Below are positions 27,803 through 36,408 of a DNA stretch of 64,000 bases, piece by piece. The translations under genes and the position numbers were made by a program. The stretch comes from Candidatus Aenigmatarchaeota archaeon (lineage in GTDB: Archaea > Aenigmatarchaeota > Aenigmatarchaeia > GW2011-AR5). Each line of letters begins with the position of its first letter. Positions within the stretch are counted from its first letter, which is position 1. The stretch is from NCBI GenBank assembly GCA_016187335.1, contig JACPJW010000001.1, positions 1 to 64,000 on the forward strand. Direction: 5' to 3'. Under the pieces are notes generated by a model that was not told the DNA's origin, ran no database searches, and was given only the letters and a program-made list of their open reading frames with translations.

Positions 27803-28609
27803 TTAGAAACCGCTCTCCATCAGAATTTTCTCCGGGTTTTCCAAGAACATTTTTTTCCAGATAACTTTTCCTTTCCTCCTGGTGTAATTTTTTACAATAT
27901 AATATCCTATAGAATAGCCTGTCCACATTGGATATCTTACGCTGCCGTAAAGCACTTCCTGACGAAGATTGGGATTCTTGGAATTCAGCTTGTTTTTCAT
28001 TCTTCTGAAAAAAGTTCTTGCTTCCTTTTCAGTAAGTGCTTTCGACCAAGGGCTTGGCTTTCCGCTTAGAACAGATTCGCAAAAATCCTCTGCGATACCT
28101 TCATCTATCATCGCTTCTAATAGCGTTTTATTTTTGTGATAACCAGACGTTGCGGCATGCGCATATTCGTGGCATATAGTGTTTGCAAGGGATTTTTGCC
28201 ATTTGGATTTCGGATGGACAAAAATTGTAATTACATTTTTCCACACGCAGAATCCGGAAGAACCTGACAAATTTTCCTTTACAAATCTGCTGTTCGTCGG
28301 AAAAATGAAAATCTTAATGTCAGAAAGCGGAACAGCTTTCTGGCATTTTTTCAGCGCAGCAGTGATTATCCTTACTATTCTTTTTTCATCATTTTTTCCG
28401 AATGGTGGAATTCTGCCTCTGCCAATGCCCCACAAAAGATGCTTTCTCAACGCGGATTTTTGCCTGAACCCTGCATAGCCGGTATCAGAAAAGAAAAGAA
28501 TTTCTTTTAGAACATCTTCAATAAAATCTTCTGTTCCGTCTTCATGACTATTGATGAAAGTATATAGATGACTGTCGTAGATTCCTGCATTTATTTTGTA
28601 GTGCTTCAT
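27803..28609 (-). CDS. DUF2268-type putative Zn-dependent protease
   Basis: ICHEYAH, EGIAEDF, YPMWTGYSIGY. Confidence 0.8.
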   Translation of the reverse strand: MKHYKINAGIYDSHLYTFINSHEDGTEDFIEDVLKEILFFSDTGYAGFRQKSALRKHLLWGIGRGRIPPFGKNDEKRIVRIITAALKKCQKAVPLSDIKIFIFPTNSRFVKENLSGSSGFCVWKNVITIFVHPKSKWQKSLANTICHEYAHAATSGYHKNKTLLEAMIDEGIAEDFCESVLSGKPSPWSKALTEKEARTFFRRMKNKLNSKNPNLRQEVLYGSVRYPMWTGYSIGYYIVKNYTRRKGKVIWKKMFLENPEKILMESGF

Positions 28610-28619
28610 GAAATTATGT

Positions 28620-31010
28620 TTATTTCTTCCTTCTTATTTTTATTTTCCTTTTTCCGCCGGCTGTTTTCTTCTGCATGTAGAGCCAGTAGCCGAACGCCGC
28701 GATAAACAGCAGGCCGATCAGCTGCACAGAGCTGAATTCCGCAAGCCCTTCTGCGAATATGAGAACGGACCCCACAGCCTCGTACTTCTTCCCGCTGCTC
28801 CTGCTCGTCGCCGTGTATTTTATTCCGTACGAGCCGGAGCGGGCGGCCGTATCCATAAAAACTGAAACGCCCTTGCTGCCCAGTGCCGGAACATCAAGCA
28901 CGGCTGCGTCGTTGTTGCCCTGGACAATTGAGCAGCCAGAAGGATTAGGGCATTCCGCGTGCATCCACTGCAGCGGCGTCACGGGGTCGTCCGACGGCTT
29001 TGAAGCTAAATCGAACGTTGCAGCTTCCAGGGGATTCCACACAGTGACGTCGTAAGCCTTCTTATCCAGCTCGCCCGCGCTGAACCGCTTCTCAACAGGC
29101 ACAACAGTGACGCGCGGCGTGCACGTGACAAAAAAGCGGAACTGGTTCACGGCGCTTAATCCCTTGTCAGGGTCCCTTGTCTTGTTCGAAAGTATGTACA
29201 AAGTATGGTAAGCGTCGCAGCTTAACGCTGCTGTAGGCGGGCTTCCGACAAATGCGTTGTCAAAATCATTCCAGCTCAGCTTTTTCCACTCAAACCTGTC
29301 TATGTCGTAAGACGCCTCGCAGTCGGCATCGTTGCATTCCTTCAGCGATGACGGATTCCCCAGAATGCCCTGCGTGACGCGCGCCAGAAAGTTGACGTTG
29401 GTGCCTCTGGTCAGGTTCGGCTCGCCTGTTGGCGTATAAGGAAACAATTGGTTGACAACGTCAGGATATTCAACTGTGGTGCGCAAATAGCGGTTTGTCA
29501 CATTCAGGTTCTTGCATCCAGGCGGAACGCACGGTGATGGCTGACCCGGCGGTATGGGTCCCGGAGGCTTCGGCTCGTTGGCAGCTGAGTATGTCACGCC
29601 GAATGTTCCGGGCTTCGTGGAGTTCCACGCCCCGGTATTGTCAACAGCAACTACGTAGGCGGTGTAGCTGCCTACGGCGAGCGATGATGTATCATAATAA
29701 GTGCACCTGTAGATGTTCCCGGAAAACAGCAGCATTTCACAGAACTTCGCCTCGCATCCGGTCGCCGTCACGTTGTTGCACGCCTTAACAGCGGAAACGG
29801 CAACATCGTCTGTCACGTCCGCGGAAAATATCACCTCGTTGCCTTGCATCACCATGCCGGGCACTATCGTGAAATTGCTTATCTGCGGCAGCAGGTTCAC
29901 GCCGAAGGTGTCAGAGCCGCACCCCTCCAGCCCCTCGCTCTCAACGCATCCTGTTATTTCAGATTTGTACCTGCTCGTGTCAATCTCAACAACCCATCTC
30001 TTGTTGCTGTCGTCATAATTGCTGTTCTGGTTCCAGTTTTCCGCAAGCAGATAGTTCCTTTCCTTCGGCGTGCCTTTGTCTATGGTTATGCTTCTTATCG
30101 TAGTATCTGTCCTCGTGCAGTCCCTGCGGGCGCCCTGCGCATCGACAAGGTAGCACGATATGTACGCGTAGACCTTCTCGCCCTCGCGCGGGTATTTGTT
30201 GGAAACAGCTGTTGTCACGTAGAGCCGCGCGGTTCCCTGCTCGAAGCGCTGCACAGTGAAGGTCGCTGTCTTTGTCGGCGAGAGCAGCGTCCCGTCGAAG
30301 GCCCTGCAATATACCGTCTTCGCCCCGGCTGAATTGCCCCACGGGTTCGTGTCAAACGTGCACGAAGGGTTCTGCGGCACGTAGCTGCTCGTGCACGCGT
30401 TGTTGCTTCCTTCAGCCGTTCCGCACTCCAGCCGGATGTTCTGGCCGTCCGGATCCGAGGCGCTGCTCGATATCGTTCCCCTTTCGTTATTGTCGGCGTT
30501 GATGACCGAAGGCGACACGCTTATCCAGTCAAGTGCCGGCGCCCTGTTCGGCTGCGATATGCACTGGCCATTTACGCACTGGTATTCGCACGCCTGGCAG
30601 TTCGATGACTGCGCTCTTGTTTGTGTCACGCTGTAGGTGCACTGGCCCTGGGTCGAGCTGCATGAATAATCCCTGTATTCCTGGTTCTGGAAAGTGCACT
30701 TCTGGTTGCCGGAGCATCCCTGGTAAGTTCCGCCGGTGTCGAACCATCCGTTCTCGCGGCATTGCCACGTAACAATTAACGTGCACGAGCCGCAGTCGGC
30801 AGCGCATCTGCCGCAGTCTTCGTTGAACGTGAACCACATGCCGCTTTCGCATATGCCGTTGCCGCATAGAGGGTCCTCCGTGCCGCCGCGTCCCCCGTCA
30901 TGGTCGGCGTAAACGATGCTTACTGAAAACATGACGGCAACAAAAATGATTATTGTTGCTAAAAAAGCTGGCTTAGGGACCGCAATAACTTCATCCTTTT
31001 CGCGTGTCAT
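28620..31010 (-). CDS. Cys-rich surface protein with Ig-like domains and a C-terminal membrane anchor
   Basis: Signal peptide, CGNGICE-type Cys module, beta-rich domains, C-terminal AEF-TM-basic tail. Confidence 0.8.
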   Translation of the reverse strand: MTREKDEVIAVPKPAFLATIIIFVAVMFSVSIVYADHDGGRGGTEDPLCGNGICESGMWFTFNEDCGRCAADCGSCTLIVTWQCRENGWFDTGGTYQGCSGNQKCTFQNQEYRDYSCSSTQGQCTYSVTQTRAQSSNCQACEYQCVNGQCISQPNRAPALDWISVSPSVINADNNERGTISSSASDPDGQNIRLECGTAEGSNNACTSSYVPQNPSCTFDTNPWGNSAGAKTVYCRAFDGTLLSPTKTATFTVQRFEQGTARLYVTTAVSNKYPREGEKVYAYISCYLVDAQGARRDCTRTDTTIRSITIDKGTPKERNYLLAENWNQNSNYDDSNKRWVVEIDTSRYKSEITGCVESEGLEGCGSDTFGVNLLPQISNFTIVPGMVMQGNEVIFSADVTDDVAVSAVKACNNVTATGCEAKFCEMLLFSGNIYRCTYYDTSSLAVGSYTAYVVAVDNTGAWNSTKPGTFGVTYSAANEPKPPGPIPPGQPSPCVPPGCKNLNVTNRYLRTTVEYPDVVNQLFPYTPTGEPNLTRGTNVNFLARVTQGILGNPSSLKECNDADCEASYDIDRFEWKKLSWNDFDNAFVGSPPTAALSCDAYHTLYILSNKTRDPDKGLSAVNQFRFFVTCTPRVTVVPVEKRFSAGELDKKAYDVTVWNPLEAATFDLASKPSDDPVTPLQWMHAECPNPSGCSIVQGNNDAAVLDVPALGSKGVSVFMDTAARSGSYGIKYTATSRSSGKKYEAVGSVLIFAEGLAEFSSVQLIGLLFIAAFGYWLYMQKKTAGGKRKIKIRRKK

Positions 31011-31594
31011 AGCACTTCCCCCTCGAACCTCAGCACTTCCGTATCGGGCCCTATCTTGTCGAGGAAATCATCAACTGACCTGTAAACTCCGTCAGGAAAG
31101 ATGTGCACGGCCATGAAAAGGTATCTTCCCTTTTCCTTTGGCGCAAAGCCCGCCACGTTGGCCGTGTGGAAGTCCTCGCCAAGCAGGGATTCAGTGCCGC
31201 ATGAAATCCTGTTCACTAAATAAGTTCCCTCGAAATGCTCGTGCTGCGCAAATCTCTGCGGATAATTCACTTTCTCGACAGGCCCCCTGACAACGCAGAC
31301 GTAATAAGTGTCATAATTAGCAAGGCGCTTCAGGTTCGCCTGAACCGAAAACAGCTCGCCCGGCTTGAAGCTGCTGCCCTTAAGCTGAACGAAATTGCCG
31401 TCCAGACCGCAAACAACGTAATCGCGGCCGCTGGTCAGCAGTTCGCTGGTGCACTGGTCGATGAAGGCGAGGATTTTCGCTTCCGTCAGCGGCGCTGCAG
31501 CAACAGGAGCGGATGCAGCGGGCTGTTTGATAGAAAATACAGCCACGGCGGCAACGGCGGCGAGCACAAGAACCAATGCAGCGCCTTGTTTCAT
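31007..31594 (-). CDS. Hypothetical secreted protein
   Basis: Signal peptide; stop overlaps the start of 28620-31010. Confidence 0.7.
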   Translation of the reverse strand: MKQGAALVLVLAAVAAVAVFSIKQPAASAPVAAAPLTEAKILAFIDQCTSELLTSGRDYVVCGLDGNFVQLKGSSFKPGELFSVQANLKRLANYDTYYVCVVRGPVEKVNYPQRFAQHEHFEGTYLVNRISCGTESLLGEDFHTANVAGFAPKEKGRYLFMAVHIFPDGVYRSVDDFLDKIGPDTEVLRFEGEVL

Positions 31595-31813
31595 AAAACA
31601 ACAAACCTCTTTTAATCAAACTTTGAAAATCGAATGACGCATAAAGTGCGTCTGTCTGCCTCAAAGTTTGGTTTCATGCTTTATTATTACACAGGGCGGT
31701 ATAAAAATTTGTTTTGCGCTGCCTGACAGCGAAGAAAGTGCGTAATTCCCCTGTAAAGCGCTGCCAAAAACAGAAAATGCAACTTATTTTAATCCCGTTC
31801 GGGAATAGTTAAT

Positions 31814-32473
31814 ATGCCCTACGAAGTCGAAGGCATGAGCGAGCATCCTACCAAAAGGGCGATAGAATTTGTGCTTTTCCTGATAATCGTTTCCGCCGCG
31901 CTGACGCTCTGGTTCAACGCCGAGGCGCAGAAGCAGGAAAACGCGCCGGTATTTCCTGCCACAGGCAACGATGAGATAAACAGGATCCTGGCCACGAAGA
32001 ACAACAACCTCGGCAAGAACATGAACGAGATATGGATGAGCAACTGCCGCGTTCCGAAAGAGCGCTCGCTCGTCAACCTTGTGCACATCAGCAAAAAAAG
32101 CGGCGGTTATGAAATCAGCTGCGAGTTCGGGCCTTCCTATGATTACGTGTCGTACAATGTCGGCGGTTCGACCCCTTCCGTTTACGCCGGCTGGATCGCG
32201 GACAGGAAATGCGACGGGGAAATCGCGGCGGAAATCGACAAGGCCGTGAGGGAAGTGAACAGCTGCCCCGTGCTGCTGAGGGAAAAAATACCCGACGACC
32301 TGGCGGATTACTACGTGGTCTCGCTTTACTGCAGGAGCAATTTCAAGAAGGAATACGTGATATCCACCCGGGATATTCCAAAATGCGTGGAGCCGCTTTT
32401 GTCAGGTAATGTCGTGATACCGATTTCATACGACAGCGTCGTTGACGTCAGGACGGGGAGGGCTTGGATTTAG
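31814..32473 (+). CDS. Hypothetical membrane-anchored protein with paired Cys
   Basis: N-terminal TM; six Cys; C-terminus VVDVRTGRAWI repeated at 33124-33330. Confidence 0.7.
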   Translation: MPYEVEGMSEHPTKRAIEFVLFLIIVSAALTLWFNAEAQKQENAPVFPATGNDEINRILATKNNNLGKNMNEIWMSNCRVPKERSLVNLVHISKKSGGYEISCEFGPSYDYVSYNVGGSTPSVYAGWIADRKCDGEIAAEIDKAVREVNSCPVLLREKIPDDLADYYVVSLYCRSNFKKEYVISTRDIPKCVEPLLSGNVVIPISYDSVVDVRTGRAWI

Positions 32474-32511
32474 AGATTAAAGCATATAATACTGGAAATT
32501 GAAATAAAATT

Positions 32512-32964
32512 ATGCCAGTTTCAGGACAATTTCCAAAACACCATATAGACACATCTGTAATTATAGAGCCTGAAAATACCGAAGACGGAAGGTTCTGTAA
32601 ACGTTATCTACAAAAACTCAATTATAATTATACCGGTATTTTATCATTTCCAGTATTAAGCGAGATTTTTGTTATTCTCAATTCTTTGGAGGATTTCAAT
32701 GAAAGATACGATTTTATAGAACCTCTGCTGGCTATGGTTAAATCAAGAAATATAGAGTTCTACGCTCCGAAAGATATAGGAAATCTTCTTAACAGCATTA
32801 AATCAACTGAGAAAAGAATTGGTTTTGTAGACAGCGAAATAGTTGCCTGCGCAGCTGAAGATAAAGCTGATGCCTTGATAACCCTTGATAGAGATTTGAT
32901 AAACAACAAGAACCTGGAAAAGTTATTGAGAATAAGGATACTTCATCCTAAAGATTTGCTGTAA
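32512..32964 (+). CDS. PIN-domain (VapC-like) protein
   Basis: IDTSVII, PVLSEI, GFVDSEI, LITLDRDL acidic PIN pattern; AT-rich. Confidence 0.8.
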   Translation: MPVSGQFPKHHIDTSVIIEPENTEDGRFCKRYLQKLNYNYTGILSFPVLSEIFVILNSLEDFNERYDFIEPLLAMVKSRNIEFYAPKDIGNLLNSIKSTEKRIGFVDSEIVACAAEDKADALITLDRDLINNKNLEKLLRIRILHPKDLL

Positions 32965-32965
32965 T

Positions 32966-33094
32966 TTATTTGTTATACTTTTTGTGCAATGACTTGTGTA
33001 TGGCTTTGGCTTTTTCAAATACGCCCTTCGCTTCCGCCTTTCTGCGCAACATTTCGGCTCTCTTTTCTTCGTCTGTCATAATAGCACTAACCAT
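32966..33094 (-). CDS. Possible 42-aa charged small protein
   Basis: Manual translation MVSAIMTDEEKRAEMLRRKAEAKGVFEKAKAIHKSLHKKYNK; converges on the PIN stop. Confidence 0.35.
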   Translation of the reverse strand: MVSAIMTDEEKRAEMLRRKAEAKGVFEKAKAIHKSLHKKYNK

Positions 33095-33123
33095 ATATCA
33101 GGCCAGAGAATATTTAAGGCTTC

Positions 33124-33330
33124 TTGCAAAAACATCAGAACCCTCCGCCCGCATCCAGCGAGCGGTCGGACTACCAAGTTTTCACGCTTTACTGCAGAGA
33201 TTTCAAGAAAGAGTACTTGTCCTTGCGCAGCGACATACCTCAGTGCGTCTCGAAGATATTTGACAACGTCATTGTGGATGTGACAGTTACGGACGTCGTT
33301 GACGTCAGGACGGGAAGGTTCTGGGTGTAG
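33124..33330 (+). pseudogene. Truncated paralog of the C-terminus of 31814-32473
   Basis: LYCRDFKKEY...DIPQCV...VVDVRTGRFWV versus LYCRSNFKKEY...DIPKCV...VVDVRTGRAWI; only a TTG start. Confidence 0.6.
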
Positions 33331-33339
33331 ATAAAGACA

Positions 33340-34452
33340 CTAAGCCGCTCTGTAAAGATTAATGTATTTTCCTTCTTCGATTCCGGTGACAACAATGCTT
33401 CTTTCTGGAACAAGCAAGCCGTCGCTTCTTTCCGAAAAGCCAAAAAGCTGCTCTAAAAATCTTCCTGCCTCTTCTAGAAATTCTCTTCGGCCCTCCTGCC
33501 TGTACAAGTCGGGCCTGCAAGGGTTTTTGAAAGGCGGAAAATATCTTGGCTCTGCTCTGAATGTTTTCTGTTCAAGGAAATTCTTTAAATCTCGTTTTTT
33601 CGGATCTAAATCTATTTTTCCTTTTTTACCAGACAGATAGGCATGAGCCCATTCTACTGCCCTGACTACTCGCGGCGTATATACAGATTCAGAATCAAAG
33701 TCTTCTCCTTTCTTGAATGAGGGATCCGTTCCCAATTCAAGTTCATTAACTCTTTCTTCCGTTTCTTTCGCAACATTCTCAAAATCTACGTTAGGATTAC
33801 TGCCATCATAGATAACAATGTTCCCTTTATCATCCCTAACAAAAAGCAGGAAGGGATTTACAGTCCTGACGACGTTGTATCTTTTGTTAGGATAACCTTT
33901 GTCTGTCCATTTTTGGTATCTTCCTCCCCGAAACCACGTTGGTACGATACAGCCGAAATGAAGAACGTAATCTCCTTTTCTTGTACCTGTATTGCCGCCT
34001 TCACCTAGTTGAGTTGTTGGGGAAACATTTTGACCTAAAAATACGTTCCATGAATTCAAGTGCTGGTAATCTGTAAGATGTCCTAAACCGTGGCCAACTG
34101 TTACACTTTTGATTGAACCAAAACGGGTTTTGTAAGATGGTGGATCATCTCCCCGATAAACCACAATCCCATTTCCTGCCGCCATAACTGGCGTGTAAGG
34201 CGGGCGCTCCCTTACTTTAAAATCTACTCCTCCCGGATCTATACCTAAATGGTTTTCATAACCCCCGCCTTCTATTATTACCGGTTGTCCTGGAACACAT
34301 GCAGCAGGAGAAGAATAAGCGGATGGATTTCCAATAGCCTTTATATCGGCATAAGACGGTCTAACCCCAAGTAAAGTTATACCATCGCCGATACTGCCTG
34401 CGACCAAGATTTTGACAACTTCTCTGCGCGTATACGAAGGACCTGAACTCAT
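33340..34452 (-). CDS. M23 family metallopeptidase-like protein
   Basis: HLGID (HxxxD), TPVMAAGNGIV, YQHL, GEGGNTG, LHF; Tat-like TRREVV signal. Confidence 0.8.
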   Translation of the reverse strand: MSSGPSYTRREVVKILVAGSIGDGITLLGVRPSYADIKAIGNPSAYSSPAACVPGQPVIIEGGGYENHLGIDPGGVDFKVRERPPYTPVMAAGNGIVVYRGDDPPSYKTRFGSIKSVTVGHGLGHLTDYQHLNSWNVFLGQNVSPTTQLGEGGNTGTRKGDYVLHFGCIVPTWFRGGRYQKWTDKGYPNKRYNVVRTVNPFLLFVRDDKGNIVIYDGSNPNVDFENVAKETEERVNELELGTDPSFKKGEDFDSESVYTPRVVRAVEWAHAYLSGKKGKIDLDPKKRDLKNFLEQKTFRAEPRYFPPFKNPCRPDLYRQEGRREFLEEAGRFLEQLFGFSERSDGLLVPERSIVVTGIEEGKYINLYRAA

Positions 34453-34522
34453 AGATAATATTTATTTTTCATTACATTTAAAGGTTTCGTTTTTAATTAC
34501 TTAAAAGAAGTAACGTTTTAAA

Positions 34523-35173
34523 TTATGGTTCACCACCACTGGTAAGTTGCTCACCTGTGCCACCGCCGGTTCCGCCAGAATTAGTGCCCTTTCCTCCTCC
34601 GCCAGCTGGCCCGCTCCCGGTCTGTATTTGAGGATCTACATTCCCTCCTCCGCTTGGCCCCCCTTGCTCGCTCCCGCCCCCCGGGCACCCCGTAAACGTC
34701 ACCGTGCATGACCTGCCGCGCTGCACCACTGGGCCTGTGTCCGTGCAGCCGGTGGAGTAGCCCCTAATGTCGGCTTCAGAACCTGATCTTACTAGCTGAG
34801 CACCCCACCCATTGTCCGTCTCGAATGCTTGGCAGTCGCCGCTGCCGCATTGCTGCATAGCATAAGCAGCGCTTGCGCACGTTCCTGCCCTGTCGCAGCC
34901 GCCTTGGTCTTTGAACGATTCATATCCTGTTTCTGTTATTTGTGAACCTCCACCAAACGAGCTGACAACAGCATTAGCAACCGCGCTTATTGCATCAACA
35001 ATAGCATCAAAAAAATCTCTTACTGCGTCCCAAAACCCGAATTTAACAAATTTTTTCCCGGATAGGTCTTCCGTATTTGTATTAAAAAGGAAAGATGAAA
35101 CTGCACCTATTGCGTATATGAAAGAAGTCATGACAAGCAATGCCACGAGAGAGGCAAGAAACTCGTTTCTCAT
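34523..35173 (-). CDS. Secreted Gly-rich hypothetical protein with a small Cys domain
   Basis: Signal/TM segment, amphipathic WDAVRDFFDAIVDAIS helix, six Cys, Gly-rich tail. Confidence 0.6.
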   Translation of the reverse strand: MRNEFLASLVALLVMTSFIYAIGAVSSFLFNTNTEDLSGKKFVKFGFWDAVRDFFDAIVDAISAVANAVVSSFGGGSQITETGYESFKDQGGCDRAGTCASAAYAMQQCGSGDCQAFETDNGWGAQLVRSGSEADIRGYSTGCTDTGPVVQRGRSCTVTFTGCPGGGSEQGGPSGGGNVDPQIQTGSGPAGGGGKGTNSGGTGGGTGEQLTSGGEP

Positions 35174-35236
35174 GGTAATAGTATGAATAAAGCCGCAATA
35201 AATAGTTTTTGAACTAACCTTTGAAAACTTTGGATT

Positions 35237-36388
35237 TTAATTTCTTCTGAAATCACTTTCATAAATTTGGTAATATTTACCTCTTTCAAGGGCATCCATA
35301 ATTTCCCATATTGTTTTACCTAACCTTTCTGTTCTAAGCGACTCAATAAAATTCCTGCCTGCTGGTGTATGAGCTTTACGACCTTGTGGCGGTATTCCTT
35401 TCCTTTCGGGTGCAAGAAAATACCATATGCTAAGATCGTAATTATTACGGGTCCTAGGACTTAACCATATGTCTGTAGCATATCCAGCCACATCGTATCT
35501 TATTCCTTCTATTGTCACCCTCCATCTTCCTTTAGGTGGTGGATCAAATTTTATAATTTGTAAATTAGCTCTGTTTTCATCTATTGGCAGTCTAACTCCT
35601 TCTAATCCCTTGATTCTACTCACATCAATTGTAGCGTAAATATTCAAATTTGGTGGATCGGCAGGGTCGTATTTGTTTTTAATCACTCTTATCAATAATT
35701 CGCCTTGGCCTATTGCCCTCAAAGAAAGCGGTTTCAGTTTCCCTGAACCTGGAAAATAAACATCGTATCCTTTGCATGTGGCTGCAATTTCGCCCTTTCT
35801 TACGCCTTCTAAATAAGGTTCAGCAAAACCAGAAAATTTCAATGCTTGCGGGTTTCTGCGCAAAAGTTCACTAAGTTTAGAAAAGTCCCATCTTTCCGGT
35901 GTTGTTGAGCAAGGGAAAATAGGTGCCTCTTCCTGCGGTGTCGGTTGAGTCGTTACAGGCTGCTGCCCGTCTGCCGGCTGCTGGTCCTGTGCCGCTCCGG
36001 GCGGCGCTGGAGGAGGCGCATCCGTGCTCTGGCTTGCGCTAATATTCGGTGCGTAAGAAAGCGCTCCAAGCAATGCGATCGCTGTAAGTTCTGTTGCAAG
36101 CCGGGTTCTTTGGTTATATCCTCTTTTCATTACGCTTGCTTCCACATTTTCCGGGTCCACAACATTCTGCTGCACATACCTTAAAGCGACATCACGCTGC
36201 TTTAACAGGTATTGTCCTGTCGCACTGGCACGATTCATTGCGGCACTAAATTGGTCTCGTGCATAGCCTCGTGCGGCATTCCAGTAGCTTGCCAATGAAC
36301 GACTTCCAGAAGTAACCCTGCCCATTATTTCTGTCCTTTGCTGCTGCTCCGTCGGCCTTAATACTATTCCCATCTTTTCAATGTTCAT
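35237..36388 (-). CDS. Hypothetical membrane-anchored protein with Pro/Gln linker
   Basis: Internal TM, PPPAPPGAAQDQQPADGQQP linker; paralog of 36409-37533. Confidence 0.75.
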   Translation of the reverse strand: MNIEKMGIVLRPTEQQQRTEIMGRVTSGSRSLASYWNAARGYARDQFSAAMNRASATGQYLLKQRDVALRYVQQNVVDPENVEASVMKRGYNQRTRLATELTAIALLGALSYAPNISASQSTDAPPPAPPGAAQDQQPADGQQPVTTQPTPQEEAPIFPCSTTPERWDFSKLSELLRRNPQALKFSGFAEPYLEGVRKGEIAATCKGYDVYFPGSGKLKPLSLRAIGQGELLIRVIKNKYDPADPPNLNIYATIDVSRIKGLEGVRLPIDENRANLQIIKFDPPPKGRWRVTIEGIRYDVAGYATDIWLSPRTRNNYDLSIWYFLAPERKGIPPQGRKAHTPAGRNFIESLRTERLGKTIWEIMDALERGKYYQIYESDFRRN

Positions 36389-36408
36389 CTTATTTAGTTT
36401 TTTGTTAA

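Noticed and set aside
28005-28018. TTCTGAAAAAAGTTC inside the DUF2268 gene as another element copy
   Set aside because: Only half the stem, no ATCAAAA tail; compatible with chance in AT-rich sequence.
32300-33330. Possible DGR template/variable repeat pair at a gene 3' end
   Set aside because: Differences are at all four bases, largely synonymous and include an indel, not adenine-specific; no reverse transcriptase present.
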